Shown here one piece after another: positions 35,819 to 48,742 of a stretch of DNA of 64,000 nt. Below the pieces are notes generated by a model. It ran no database searches, had not been told where the DNA came from, and saw only the letters and a list, made by a program, of their open reading frames with translations. Position numbers and translations under genes: made by a program. The stretch is from assembly GCF_038025025.1 (NCBI RefSeq), contig NW_027117340.1, positions 1,798,001-1,862,000 on the forward strand, in the 5' to 3' direction. Position 1 is the stretch's first letter, and each line of letters starts with the position of its first letter. This DNA is from Phyllosticta citribraziliensis (taxonomy: Eukaryota).

Positions 35819-37284
35819 ACATTATACCCGATTTGATCAAATGTTGCTTGTCCTCTCGCATGTCATTTCTTCACGCATGAACCCAGCACTTGTTCCCCTT
35901 CTTGCCATCTCCTTTTTCACACTGTAACATTTTTTCTTTCTTTTTTCTTTTTTTTTTTTGGGGGGTACAAGATCCTTTGCTCCAGTTCTTCTTTCTCTCG
36001 GGTACGCGCTGGTTTTCTCCCGTAGAGGAGACGGTTGTTGCTGTCATCATCGCCGAGCACAAGTCATTCAAATCATGTTGGTACGGCCGTCACATCATTT
36101 TGTCGTTTGCGTCTAGTCTATTTTCGGTTCGTGGATTCGACTTCAGTCAGCACCTCTCATTGCTATCCATGAGCCAGCTTTGACGGCCACCTCAAGTCTT
36201 GGGGACGCTTTTGGGTACGTCCGTCCAGAATCAGAGAGACGGAAAGAAAGACGGGAGGCGGGGAAGGGAGGAAGAAGGAGAGGGAGGCAATGGGCGAGGA
36301 CTGTTTGTGAGCACAAAGTGATAGAGAGGGTGAGCGTTTTTGGCTTGTATTGATATTTGTGGATACTCCATCGTCGTTGTGCTGTCTACCAGTCTGTCAC
36401 TTCCTGTCAGTCGGCCGACCGGCCGGCCTGTCGTCCGACAACACAAGCAGGAGAGGTGACGGCGTATATGTACATTGACTGTTGGCACGAGTCGTAAGTA
36501 AGTGGGCAGGTAGATAGGTACGAATGCCTTGTGAGCAGCCAGCCAGCTACCAGGTAGCCAGCTGCAATATCGTGTACACGACGCGAGTCTAACTAGTCAA
36601 GACGCTCGGCCACGGAGCGTGAATCGAACGCAGGGGAGGAACGAGGCGGGAGGTCCAAAAAAGAAGTGACACTGTTGCAGAGGAGGAGTAAGAGAGGCAG
36701 TGCTCTCTCCTGACCTTCTGCGGCACCCACTTACTTCTCCACGCTTCCACTGCCGTCGCGGACGTTGAGTCGTTCCAGAGACTTTTGATTTCGATTTTGC
36801 TTTTTCTGTCACAACCCTCAGTCAAGCGACCCAACCCAAGCATCAGACGAGCTCGCTGAGAGGCGAGTTCCCCCCCACATCCACCATTGCTGTCGGACGC
36901 GCGTTTAATTTTCCGTTGACCTCTGGCTCGTCCATTCAACGCCAGACATGGCGTGTACCTCAACCGCATGCATCAACGACAGCGCATCTTCGATAGAGAC
37001 GGAGAAGAAGGAGAAGACGAAGACGAATACAAGCAAAAGAAGGGTGCTCTGCTTGCCATGCCCTCCTTTATCTTATCATGTGACATGACAATCACAAATC
37101 AGCATAGGATGTATGTATCTCGCCCTCTCTCGGCTCTTTCGGACTGTTCGTCTCGCTCTCGCTTTCGCACCCTCTCTTTTGCGTACTCGCTCCGGCTCCG
37201 CGCTCCCTCCCCAGTCCGAGCGCGCTCGTCTCGGCATGGCTGGCTGGCTCTGCTTCTACGTTGATGAATGCCGATTGCAGCTAA

Positions 37285-38804
37285 TTTTTTTTTTTTTTTT
37301 TTTTGTGCTGCGCCGCAGCCACCTCGCCGGCACTCGGCGGGCGGACGACGGACGGTCGTTGACTGACCGTCCGTGTGCGCGCTCGGCAGACGGCGATAAA
37401 TGGCGGAGATGGCGTGCGTCGCACAGTCTGCATGCGTACTGGGTGCGTGATGGGCGTCTGGGATGGGCTCTCGGGTCCGGGCTCGGGATTCGGGAAATGG
37501 CGTGAGAGGAGGACGAGACTGGACGAGGCTGGAACTGGAAGGGTATTTTTAGGGGTAGGAGTGGGGACGCGTTGGGGTGAGCGGTGAGAGATGGGGGGTG
37601 GTAGCAGCGGAGTGGAATGGGGTGATGGAGGGGTGAGGGGATGAGATTGGGGAGTTTGGAGGAGGAGGAGGAGGAGGAGGATGTGTGGGTATGAAGTGAG
37701 GACTTGGGTGCTTCTCGAGTCGGAGCGACGGTGATGGACGGTAGTAGTACATGTAGTGGCGGTGGTGGGAAAAGAGGCGGCTGCCACACTCGGGGCCAGC
37801 CGAGGCAGCCGAGGCCAAATATATGTACCTAGTCCTCGTATGGACAGCAGCAGCCATGCGTACCGCAGCTAGCTAGCTGGGTAGGTTTCCATAGTTAGGT
37901 ACAGCCCGCGGACGGCGGACGAGGGGGGCGAGGGGGAGAGCCGGCCAGGTCCTGGACTGCGGGCGGTGCGGTGCGTGCGTGCGTGCGTGCGTGCGTGCGT
38001 ACGTCTGCTTTGGATGAAACGGGTGGACGGCAGGGGGAGGCGAAGGCCGAATGGAAAATAAAACGGCCTGGCTGCTTGGCTTGGTCTGCATCGAGAGAGG
38101 AGCGAGGTTGGCGATGTCTGGCAAGAAGGTACATAGTTGCCTGAAGAGGATGAGCATGACGGCATGGGGATCGGCGGCAGCACATGACGACTGGAGCGAC
38201 TGATGATGAGTGATGGGCGAGATGGACAGCGACCATGTCCGCATGTATGTACAGAGTCGTCGAGCAGTGGACCCCTTGCCCCACGGATACGCATGTGGAG
38301 AGAGAGAGAGTGTGTGTGGGTGGAAGGAAGAGGACGGAAAAGGGGGGCACGGCGTGAGGTGAGCGAGCGAGCGACGTGGACTGAGCGGCGACCCTGCAGG
38401 CGATCTGCACGTCATGGGCTCGGGCGACGGGAGCGTGTAGCTAGTGTAGCTAAACAAGAGCTAGCAGCGTCTTGTCCAAAGTATCGTCGTCTTGATGTTT
38501 TGGCGGCGACGAGGGGAGGCCCTGGTCGCGTTGGTTGGACCGGGAGATCTACAGACGGGTATCGTGTCTTGGCCCGAAGCAGAGAACAAAGAACAAGAAG
38601 GACGAGCAGACGCGTCGTGGTTATTGTGAGAGGCGCGTCGCTTGGCCGAGCGCAGGGCAGGGCAGGGCAAGCCAAGGCGAGTGTGGCAGTGCCGGTCTTC
38701 GTACCAGAGCCCGGCGGCCGCGGTTGGTTGGCTGGTTGGGTTGCGGGACTTGAGGCCGGCTTGGTGGTGTTGCGATGCGATGCGATGCGCTGCGATGCGA
38801 TGCG
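37285..38804. repeat. Microsatellite-rich intergenic tract: T-run, (GGA)n, (GTGC)n, (GA)n, (TGCGA)n
   Basis: T-run 37285-37304, (GTGC)n 37971-38000, (TGCGA)n 38771-38804. Confidence 0.85.
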
Positions 38805-39574
38805 GCTGGAAGTGCGGAGATGCGACCAGGACCCCAGCAACCCGGTCGACTCAGAGTGCAGAGGCTGTGTACAGTAGGAGCAATTCGTGACGGCGTCGAA
38901 TGATGTAATTCGTCGCGGGAGCCAGGCGGGAGGATGCGCGTCCGCGTCCAGCAGAGTCTGAGTCTGTCTGTCTGGATGGAAGAGGTCGGGCGCCAGCCAC
39001 CAGTGCAGCCAACACAGCACGCCGCGCACAACACAATGGGTACCCTACCTTACTACCAGAGAGCCCAGGCCTCCCACTGACTGGATACGGCATCCGCATC
39101 GAATGCGTCACGTCAGCGCTCCAACACAATTCTCAGTTCACTTCAGGCCAGGTCAGGTCGACAAAAGGCCGCACTCGCACTCGCACTCCCCCAGCTTCAG
39201 CTCCGCGCCTCTCTCTCTCTCTCTCCCCGCCCTCCCGTGTGTGTGCGACGGCCGCGCGCCCGCAAGGTGCTCCCTGGACTACGCCCGCGCTTCGCTTCGC
39301 CTCACACCCGAACTGCCATAGCCCGCCTGCTTCCGCCATACCCATCTCCCCGTCCCAATCCTCCATTCCTCACCTAGCCTGCCCATAACCTCAACCCAAC
39401 CTGCGACTGTCTTTTTTTCCTTCTTCTCCTCCGTCCTCCTCCTCTCCCTTCCTTCTTCCCTCACCGGCCGCCCGTCTCCGCCGTCGCTCGTTTCCTCTCC
39501 TCCTCTCCTCCTTCCCTCCCTCTCTCTCTCTCCTCCTCGCCGGTCCAGGCTGCCTTTCCTGGCAAGCCGCAAGA

Positions 39575-42500
39575 ATGCCTCGTCCACGCGGTACCCTCCT
39601 CCTCGCTGCTACCTGCGTCTCACCACGCTAACCCCTTGCTTTGCCAGTCCTGTCGTTCATGTCGCAATGGGGTGGCTCCCCAAGGTCCAAAACCCCCGCC
39701 ATCGACCCTCCTTCCTCCCCAAAGCACTCGTCGACCCCCGACAAGTCGTCGCCCATTACGCCGCCCTCGGCCTCGTCCCACAACCTCGACAACTTCCACT
39801 CGTCGTCGCCCACGGCCGCCCAGCGCTCTCGCTCCGACTCGCGCCCTTCTTCGCGCCCCGTTTCCATGGTCCAATCCCACCAGCCCCCCGTCATGGACGT
39901 CCAGCAGGACACCCTGCCCGAGCTGCAGCGCATCTTCACCTACCTCAACTCTCACTCCAATAAACTCTATCAGGAGGGCTATTTTCTCAAGTTGCATGAC
40001 TTGGATGGACGTGAGTACAAGTTCGGTCCGAATCGGGAAGGTGATCTGACTGCTCCAGGCGGTCGGCCCAGTCCGGATCGGAATTGGACCGAGGTGTTTG
40101 CCCAGCTCGTAGGTACGGTGCTCTCGGTTTGGGACGCCCAGAAGCTCGACGAGGCGGGGACGGACGGTGAGGTTGTGCCCAGCTTCATAAACTTGGCCGA
40201 TGCCTCGATCAAAATGGTATACACTCCCGCGCCAGCTCTCGTCCTTGTCGCTAACTGTCCAGATTGAATCCCTGCCCATGAGTGGCCAGGGCGGCCAGAA
40301 CTTGACCAACGTCTTGAGCGTATCCACGGCCGGAAACAACCGCTACTTGTTTCACTTCAATTCGCTCAACTCTCTGACCCAGTGGACCGCTGGCATCAGG
40401 CTCGCCATGTTTGAACACGCTTCCTTGCAGGAGGCCTACACGGGCTCTCTGATTGCCGCCAAAGGCAAGTTCTTGAACAACATCCGCGCCATCATGGAAA
40501 AGACCAGGTTCAGGCAAGAAGACTGGGCGAGAGTGCGTTTTGGGGCCGGGACTCCGTGGCGGCGGTGTTGGTGCGTCATTACACCACCGGACGAAAAGGA
40601 CATCCAAAAGGCCAACAAGTCGGCCAAAAAATCCGTCTATGACCGCTCCCAGCCCATTCTCAAAGGCGACGTCAAGTTCTACGACACGAGAAAGGTAACA
40701 AAAAAGACGCGGCCCATTGCCACTCTCAAGGATGCCTATTCCGCATACGCCATATACCCGCAATCAAAACCCCTCATAGATCAGTCAACCTTGGTCAAGC
40801 TCGAGGGTCGCATCACGATACACTCCAAGCCCGAGTCCACCACCGAAGGCTTCGTTTTTGTCATGCCCGAAGTGCACCCAGCCGTGTCTGGATTTGAAAT
40901 GATGCTCCGTTTTCTGTTCCCCGTGTACGATGTGTTTGCCATTTACGGCAGGCCCTCACGCCTAATTGCCGACCCGCTCGACACCCGCTCCTTGATGTTT
41001 GCGATGCCCACGTCGCGGCGCTACGGCTATTTGGATATTTTGGACGTGGCCAGCCTGCTTCACACTCAGGGCAGCGGCAATTGGACAGAGCGCGAGTGGA
41101 GAAAACAGTTGAAAGACCTCACGGTCAAACGGATGACGTCCGGTCCTCCTGATCGCCTGAGGCAGCGCAGCCATACTACCAGCCGCGTGAGCCTGCCGCC
41201 TTCGCGGACGCAATCGATCAAGTTCAATGACCAGCAGTCGGCACGCTCCTCTCCTGGGTCTCGCAACTCTTCACCTCCACGGCCCGGTGACATTGGCTTC
41301 CCGGCTCCAAGACGCGCCGAAACTGCTTCGCCAACCGCCATGTTGGGCCACAATCGCTCAGTGTCGGAAGCAGGGCCCATGCGTCGGCAGGCCAACGGTG
41401 ACGACTCACCACCCCGTCCGCCAGCTCATCGCCACCTCCTCAATGGCCTGAATCAAGACAGTGACGGCTACTCGACTCCCTCTGACGAGCAACTTCAAAA
41501 TTCCTCCGGCAGCTCGCCAACCAGTCTGCCTCACGTCGGGGCAACCGGCACGTCTGGGCCGCCCCCAACCGCTGTGCAGCCCCCGCATTTCACTCATGCG
41601 CCTGGTCATCGTCCTCGTAATCGCCCGCAAGACTCCCAAGACTTGCGGCGTGCCCAGTCTTACATTGATGAGGCGACGCTGCAAGAGATGCAGCAAGCTC
41701 ACTCCCACCCACTGCCGGCTGAGGCCGCTACCATGGGGGCTGCAGCAGCCCTGGCCCAGCGCGATGGAATTGGCAGGCCAGGTGGCGAGGGCGACCGCGC
41801 CCAAGCCATGCATTCTTACCGCAGATCGGTTGATGAGAGTCGCCAGCAATGGGCTGAGCAGCCGCAGGATCGCCTGCCGACCATTCCTGCGTCGCCGTAT
41901 GTTCCACAAGGCACACCTCAGACGGCAACGAGTGCAACGTTTTCGCCGACTGGACCTCCCGTGCCCGAGCACAGAGAGTTTCCCAGCTACTTTCCCCCTG
42001 ATGCCTTAGCTGCGCAAACTGACCACGGGCACATTGTTGAGAACCCTCCTGCCCAGGGGGTTGTTGCTCGCAAGCCACTTCCAGGTCGGTCACCCCCTCA
42101 TTCGGCGGACGACTCCGCCGCCCCTCGTCCTCCCTCACGCTCAAGTGTTGGCAGTTTCCAAAACGACCTAATCAACCCCGACCTGATTCTTGGTCATCTG
42201 GATGCTCAGGAAGAATTTGAGCGCGAGAAGGAGCAGATTGAGGCCGAGGAGGCCGCTCTTGACAACGAGTCGACGGGCACCCCCGACTATGCGAGCATCA
42301 AGAGTGTGAGCACGGAAAAGTCGGTCCGCGTCACTGAGCGCGTCGAACGGCCTCGGACTGGCAGGCTCAAACTGGTGGGCAATGTTCCGAAGCCCGAAGC
42401 CCCAGAAGCAATCACGGTTGGCGACGCTCAGTACTCTGGCGAGGCCAAGACGGAAGAGCAGCTTAATCTCCCCAGGATTGACTTTGGCCCTACGTACGAT

Positions 42501-43874
42501 CTGACCAAGGGTGACGCAAGGGCTGTCCACGCGAATGTCGAAGCCGAGGACACGGTTGAAGGGGAGGAGAGATCAGCGTCTCGCATGAGTCTTGGGTTTG
42601 ATGCGCTCTCGATTCGACCTGGAAGCTCTGGCAACCCGATAGAAAACGGGAACATTGGGAGGGCCAGTCCTGGCGTCGAGTCTCACCGTCGGGCTAATTC
42701 GAGATCCCCGCAAGAAATCAACGGCAATCGACGGAGCCTATGGCAGCCCCAACCGGCCGGACCTATCCGCACTCCGAGCCCGAGCCACCGCATGAGCTTC
42801 ACCCCAGAGGAATGGGTCAATCACCGCGCTTCCCTTGCCGCCGCGCCGCAGCCAGTGTCTGGTCCTGCTGGGGTGGCCCATGGACGACACAAGTCAGCCA
42901 ACAACCTCACTCCACCAATCAGTCGCAATGCCTCTGGCGACTGGTCGCAGATTCTCCCGCACTACCAGCGCACACCCTCGGGAGAGCGGGATCCCCGTCG
43001 GGATTCTTTTGCAACGCGCCGCGATTCCCGCGCTGCGTCCATGTTTCTGAGCGCCGCCGAAGCCGATAGGATTCCGCGACCCAACTCTCGCAACGCGGCT
43101 TCGATGCTTCTCAGCGCCGGATCGGCTGGTCTCATCAATGCTGATGCCTCGCAGCTCACAGCGCGCGAACAGGAGCATGTCGCTCGGTTGACCGGCACGC
43201 CTCTCATTAGCATGAGGAAGAACTCGGCAGCGAAAAAGGAGCCCGAGTCGTTTGGACTTGTCAGCGCCATCGCTGCCCGCCAAAAAGAAAAGGAGAATAT
43301 CAAGCAGGGTTCGCGCTCCGCCCTCGTCCACCAGGCCATTCAAGCTCGCCAGTTGCACGCGCACGCGCAGGCCGAAGCCGAGAATCGCCGGAAAATGGAT
43401 GAGGTGCAACGACGCGCTGAGATGCAGATGCAAAAGGAGCAAGCGGCGCTTTTCCAACAGCAGATGCAAATGCAGCAGCAGATGCAACAGGCGGCGAACC
43501 GCAACTCGGTCATGAGCTTGGGGAACATGTCGCAAATGTCCATGCCCATGCAGCCGCAAGGGATGCAGAGCATGCCGAACTTGTCGATGATGGGGACGCC
43601 GCAGCCTCAGCAACACTCGCCCATGAACGGCTACTCGCCGGGCACTCCATTCGGCATGGGCCAGCCGCAAAACGGAGGTGGCGGCTACTTTGCGCCACAG
43701 CACATGGCGCCGCCGCCGACAGGGCCCTACATGAATGGCTTGGGCAGCATGACGAGCCTCAACAGCGGTGGACCCGTCGGCCAGCACGGCGGCATGGGCG
43801 GCGGTGGCTTTACGCCACTGCCGTATGGCGCCAGTTGGGACAGGGACCAGGCACAGCGGATGGGGAGACGCTAG
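39575..43874 (+). CDS. Skg3/Caf120-like PH-domain protein
   Basis: MPRPR|VLSFMSQW... then NKLYQEGYFLKLHDLD, FAQLVGTVLSVWDA, QWTAGIRLAMFEHASLQEAYTGSLIA, DWARVRFGAGTPWRRCWCVI, YAIYPQSKPLIDQSTLVKLEG. Long disordered, Gln-rich tail. Introns 39591-39647, 40011-40058, 40217-40263. Confidence 0.9.
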
Positions 43875-44186
43875 AGAGTGGTAATTTTTTGTGACGGCGA
43901 GCGAAGGATGGACGACGAATGGTTTGCGACGCGTGTGGCGTATGGTGACGTGTGACAGACAGACACATTCCGTGCGGCTGTTCTCTCCTCTTTTTTGAGC
44001 GTACGGCGGTTATAGCAGCAGCAGCAGCATTTTTTGCGTCTACTCCTTCATACCTTCTAGTTGTTCGCTCCCTTTACCTTTTCTTTCCCTTCTTGTTTCA
44101 TCATGGATATTCTAGGTTAGGTTGGGTAGGATAGGTTCAGTCAGGTTCCAGGCTGGGTGGGTGGGTGGCAATCATCATACTTTTCA

Positions 44187-45422
44187 CAACAACAACAACA
44201 ACAACACTTTGTCGCCTCCTCTTCCCTCTCTTCTTCTTGTTTGGGCTTTAATAGCTGCCGTTGAAGAGTTGTTGCGTTGGCGGTAGATGAACATATCGTG
44301 TTACTGAGTGAAGAGGTTGGTGGAGGCGACGGGCAAGAGGAAGAATAGGGTCAATCTTCCTTGTTTCTATATTTTTCTCAACGTAATTACTTTTCTCATT
44401 GCTATGACGGTGGTGGTAGTCTGGCACCGTTCGTGGGTAATACGTGGATAAATAAGAATATAGATAGCTGCATGCATAAATAGGTATCCATGCCCTGTTA
44501 TATTCTTCTCCATTTTATATTTTCTTCCTATTACTACTTCTTTTTTTGCTTCGATTTAGCCCTGTCATCAAGAGTACATACTCGTCTCTCTTCTTCTAGA
44601 CACGATCTTGCCCCAAGAAGAGTAAATGGACGGCGAGAGATGACAAATACGCAGCGAGCAAAAGCCAAAGTCTCTCACGTCACGTAAGGAAGTACCGACG
44701 GAAAGTGAACCCAATGACTGGATTTATACCTGCCAGACTATCCTGTCCACGTCACCGCCTACCTGGTCCATCTCGGCATTCACAGTGTCGTCCAGCCAGT
44801 CCCGACCGGACAGGGGCTGTATATGTATGTATGTACTTGCACGACACGCACAGCCCGAGACCCGACGCTTTCGCAACACCACGACCCCCAAAACGCTTCC
44901 GTCCCTTCCTTCTCACCACCATCCAGCCCACCGCACCAACCCAGCCCAACCCAACCCAACCCAGTAACAGCATGTGCCTCTTCCGTCCCTCGCACGGACG
45001 GAACCGACTTCGGAAGGTCGGAACGACGGGTCAGGTCGACGGACGGACGGACGGGACGAACCCTAACTAAACCCAACCCACCCGACCGCAACCCGAACCC
45101 AACATGACCGGGAAGTCAGCAGTCAGCGGCCCAACCGCACTCCTCAAATAGTTAGTTAAGACTGCCCGACCTACCTAACCTGGGTAAGTGGCCTGGTGGT
45201 GTACTGTAGTAGGTACTGCAGGAGTAGCTGGTGGCCTACATAGTTGGCAAGCAAGCAAGCAAGCAAGCAAGCATAGCCAGGTTGGTTGCCAAGCTGGTGG
45301 CGAGCGGCCCACCCGTCGTCGGTCGGTCGGTTGGTCTGGCTGGCTGGCTGTTTCTATTTTTGACCGATGGACTGATTGTTGGCCGCCGCGCGTTTCTGGT
45401 TTTTTTTTTTTTTTTTTTTTTT
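44187..45422. repeat. Microsatellite-rich tract between convergent genes: (CAA)n, (CCCAA)n, (GCAA)n, T-run
   Basis: (CAA)n 44187-44205, (CCCAA)n ~44935-44962, (GCAA)n 45247-45272, T-run 45400-45422. Confidence 0.85.
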
Positions 45423-45866
45423 CGTTTGGGCGTCGTAGGTTGGAATGAGATTGGTTGGTAGCGGACGTCGGAGGGGGGAAGGGATGGATGGATGAATGGA
45501 TATAATTCGTGGTTGTCAAAAGGAGTGGCAGCACTTTGGCGTCGTTGGTAGCGTGGAGTGACAGCTCCCTGGGCAGCCGTAGTGCTGGATGATAGGCCCT
45601 TGGGGCGCGAACGTTGCGCTAGGAGGTGTCATCGCTTTTGACACATACTATGGTGGAAGGGTGTGGGAAAGAGGGGGACCGAGCGAGTAGTCAGATACCG
45701 GGTAGGCAAGTAGAACGAGCGAGGGGTGTGAGCTAGGTCGGCTTAGGTCGCCCATTGGTCATAAAGTTCTTGAGAAGGGACGGAGGAAAAATGACGGAAA
45801 GAAAAAACCATTGCCGCTATGTATTTTCGATACTGCCATTCACTTGAACCCGCACGCTCGCCTCAC

Positions 45867-46921
45867 CTATCGACTTCCCATATCACTCAGTATCTGCCTC
45901 TGCGTCTCACGATCGCGACTGGCCTGGCTGAGCGGAGCCAAGCTCCTCAAGTCGCCGACAATGTCCTTGGCCTTGCCAAAGTACACCTCCTGCAGCAGGT
46001 TGCGCATCTTGAGCTCGTTGTCCTCGACCATCTTGCCAACGTTGACAATGTGCGACGTGTCGTCGTCGACGGGGTGGTCCTGCTCAACCTGGCGCACCAG
46101 GTTGCCCGACAGGTCCATGCTGCCCAAGGCCTCGTCGGCGCTGCCCAGCGACAGGATGACGGTCGACGTGAGCTTGTAGTGCGACGTTCGTGCGCGGTCA
46201 AAGGCTTCGAACACGTGGATGCTGTCCCAGCTACCGTTGGACTTGTTGCCGGGGGTGACGGCTGGGGTATGTGAGGTCAGCTAGCTGTGGCCGGTAATTG
46301 AACCGCGGCGGGCGGGAGGAAAGAGAGGATTGGTGCTTAATCTCTGTGCTTGTTTCGACGACGTACCTTTCTTCAGCAGCACGCAGCCTGCGAACCCGTC
46401 GTCTTGGTCCCACAGGTACACGCTGGATATGCCGCCCTCAAAGTACCTGCATTGCCATCAACGTCCGCCCTGACATTATCCGGTAGTATGACGACACCCA
46501 CAGTTCTCTGTACACGTCAAACGCCTCGTTGGCCTTGACCTCCATCCTGCGAACGCGCTCGCTCGGCAAGATGCCCTCGCCATCCTCAATGGGCGGGTCG
46601 AACTCGTTGCTAAACGGGCTGCGGTAGCTGTCCCCGTCGCGGTTGTAGTCGCAGCACAGGTAGTCGCGCTTCTCCTTGGGGCATCGCCGTACCGCCAGTG
46701 GCACGTCCACCGACTCCAGCAGGTCCTCGGTCAGGTCCGGCTTGATGCTGCAGATGCGGTCCACGTGGGCCGAAGTATCCTTGGGATTGAGGCGGCGCAG
46801 GAGGTCCCTGTTGGCGCGGCGGGGAGCGTCAGTGAGATGCTGGTGGGTTGGTGGGGACGAAGAGGGGCGGGGTGGGCGGGAACACTGACAGGGCGCTGTC
46901 GAGGGGGTCTGCGGAGGCCAT
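45867..46921 (-). CDS. CAP2: F-actin capping protein beta subunit
   Basis: Motifs [70 protein letters not shown]. Three introns. Confidence 0.98.
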
Positions 46922-47443
46922 GGTGAGGCTGGTAGCGGGCTGGTTGAGGTGGTGATAGGTTTAGTGGAGTTGTAGTCTGGAGGGGAGCTTCCCACCTTCC
47001 CTTGACCTGGGGGGGTTGCCCGCCGCCGATCCGTTGCCGTTTCAGGGACTAGCGGGTCCGTAGCTTCGCTTCGCTTGGCCCGCTTCTCCGCAACGCGAAA
47101 CCCAACGTCAAGTCGTCAACCCACCCCTCTCCCTCTCCTCGCAAACGACTCCCATTAACGTGCTGGTGTTTCAACTCCTGCACGACGGCCGACTTGCTAT
47201 TTTCCGCCTGCTATTGTACTGACCATTACCTCCGCACGGCATGCACGCTACCGCTGGTGCAACACGAAGTCAATTAGAATACACAAAATAGAATAAAACC
47301 TTCACAGCCGGGTATGCCCAACCATCGCCAGGAATTGCCAAGGATAAACAACCTCGCCCAACCTTGTTATTACCGAAACCAACCTCTCCGCCGGAAACCT
47401 CAACCCTTTTTTGGCCCACACCCTTGTCCCGTCGGAAAAACCC

Positions 47444-48065
47444 CTAGATTGCCAAGAGGCCCATGAAGAGACTGCCCAGTCCGACCAGAGACGCACTGTA
47501 GCCGTAGTTGCTGTTGGCGGCGCCAGTCGACGAGGACCTCGCTCCCGAAGACGTGTCTGGAGATCATGTCAGTGTTTGTCTTGCCAATAGATCCCTGACT
47601 CGGGGCAAACGTACTGGTTGCACTCGCGGAAGCGCCTGTCTCCCTGGCCCCCGCGCCCGTTGCCGTGGCCGACGCAGACGCGGGATTCTTTGCTCCAGTG
47701 CCAGTGGCGCCGGCGATGTTGCTGCCAATTGGGAAGTACGAGTTGATACAGGCCTGCTGGCAGTCGGCGTACTCCTGCACAGCTTTGGGGGATCCGTCTC
47801 CCTGATTGCACTTGGCCGCGCACTCGGTCGTCTGGTTTGCTTGAGCGCTGTTGGGGTGCGCGACGCCCACACACTTGGCCTGGCAGTCGACGTCACCCAC
47901 GTCACAGGCGGCAATGCAGGAGGCGGTAGGGGAGAGCGGGGTCGAGGTCAAGGTCGAAGAGAGCTCAGTGCTGTTGGGCTTGAGCTCGGGGGCGGGCTCG
48001 TCGGCGGCCACAGCCAACTGAGCAAATGCGACGAGGCCGCTGAAGGCGATGGTGGAGAAGCGCAT
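47444..48065 (-). CDS. Secreted, probably GPI-anchored Cys/Ser/Thr-rich cell-surface protein
   Basis: Signal peptide MRFSTIAFSGLVAFAQLAVA. Eight-Cys domain (CIAAC..CQAKC..CAAKC..CQQAC) and an Ala/Thr/Ser linker. Intron 47557-47614 gives the C-terminus STGAANSNYGYSASLVGLGSLFMGLLAI*. Confidence 0.85.
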
Positions 48066-48742
48066 GTTGGTGTTGAGGTGGTATAGGAGAGGATTGTATA
48101 GTGGAGCGAGTGTATTTATTTTGAGCGAGAGATATATGGCAAGTGGAGAAGAATGGAGAGCGAGTGAATGGGGAAGCTTATAAACAAGTTGATCCGGCTA
48201 AGGGGTCCAGTGGAGGCAGGAGAGCAGAGGCAGGGACACTACAGATGAATCCGGGGCGAAATAAATAACATGGTCTTGAGGCAATGGCAACCCTGCCTCG
48301 GGTGCCCGGTTTGGCCTGCGGATCACAGCATGGGCTCGTGTTGACGCCAATGGGGAACACGATGGGATGCCGGTGGCTGCAAGCGGGAGGCAGAAATAAA
48401 CATGGGCTATACCAAAGTTGCAACCATTCCACCTTGGCGCCGCTGTCATTGGTCCGCCACTGCCCGCCCTTGAACGCCTTATTAAGCAGCGCTTGGCGCG
48501 TCGGGGCGCGTCTTCCCGCGTCCAGGTCCAGGTCCAGCTCATGTCTCCTGCTCGCTCCACCGGACTGCCCTACGGGACTCTGCTCGACTCTTCTGCGCCA
48601 TTCCAATGCCCCGTTGCAACGCTCGAGTCGTCTGACCCACTCCCCTGTCCAGTGCTTGGCTCTGCCGCCGCCATCCTGGCACTCACGCTGTGCACGGCTA
48701 TACGAGCCGACTGCAGCCCTCGCCACACCTCCTGCGCACAGC

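Noticed and set aside
48284..48742. Upstream in-frame extension of the Mph1 first exon
   Set aside because: It overlaps the divergent promoter region of the GPI gene and looks non-coding; ATG 48743 is the more plausible start.
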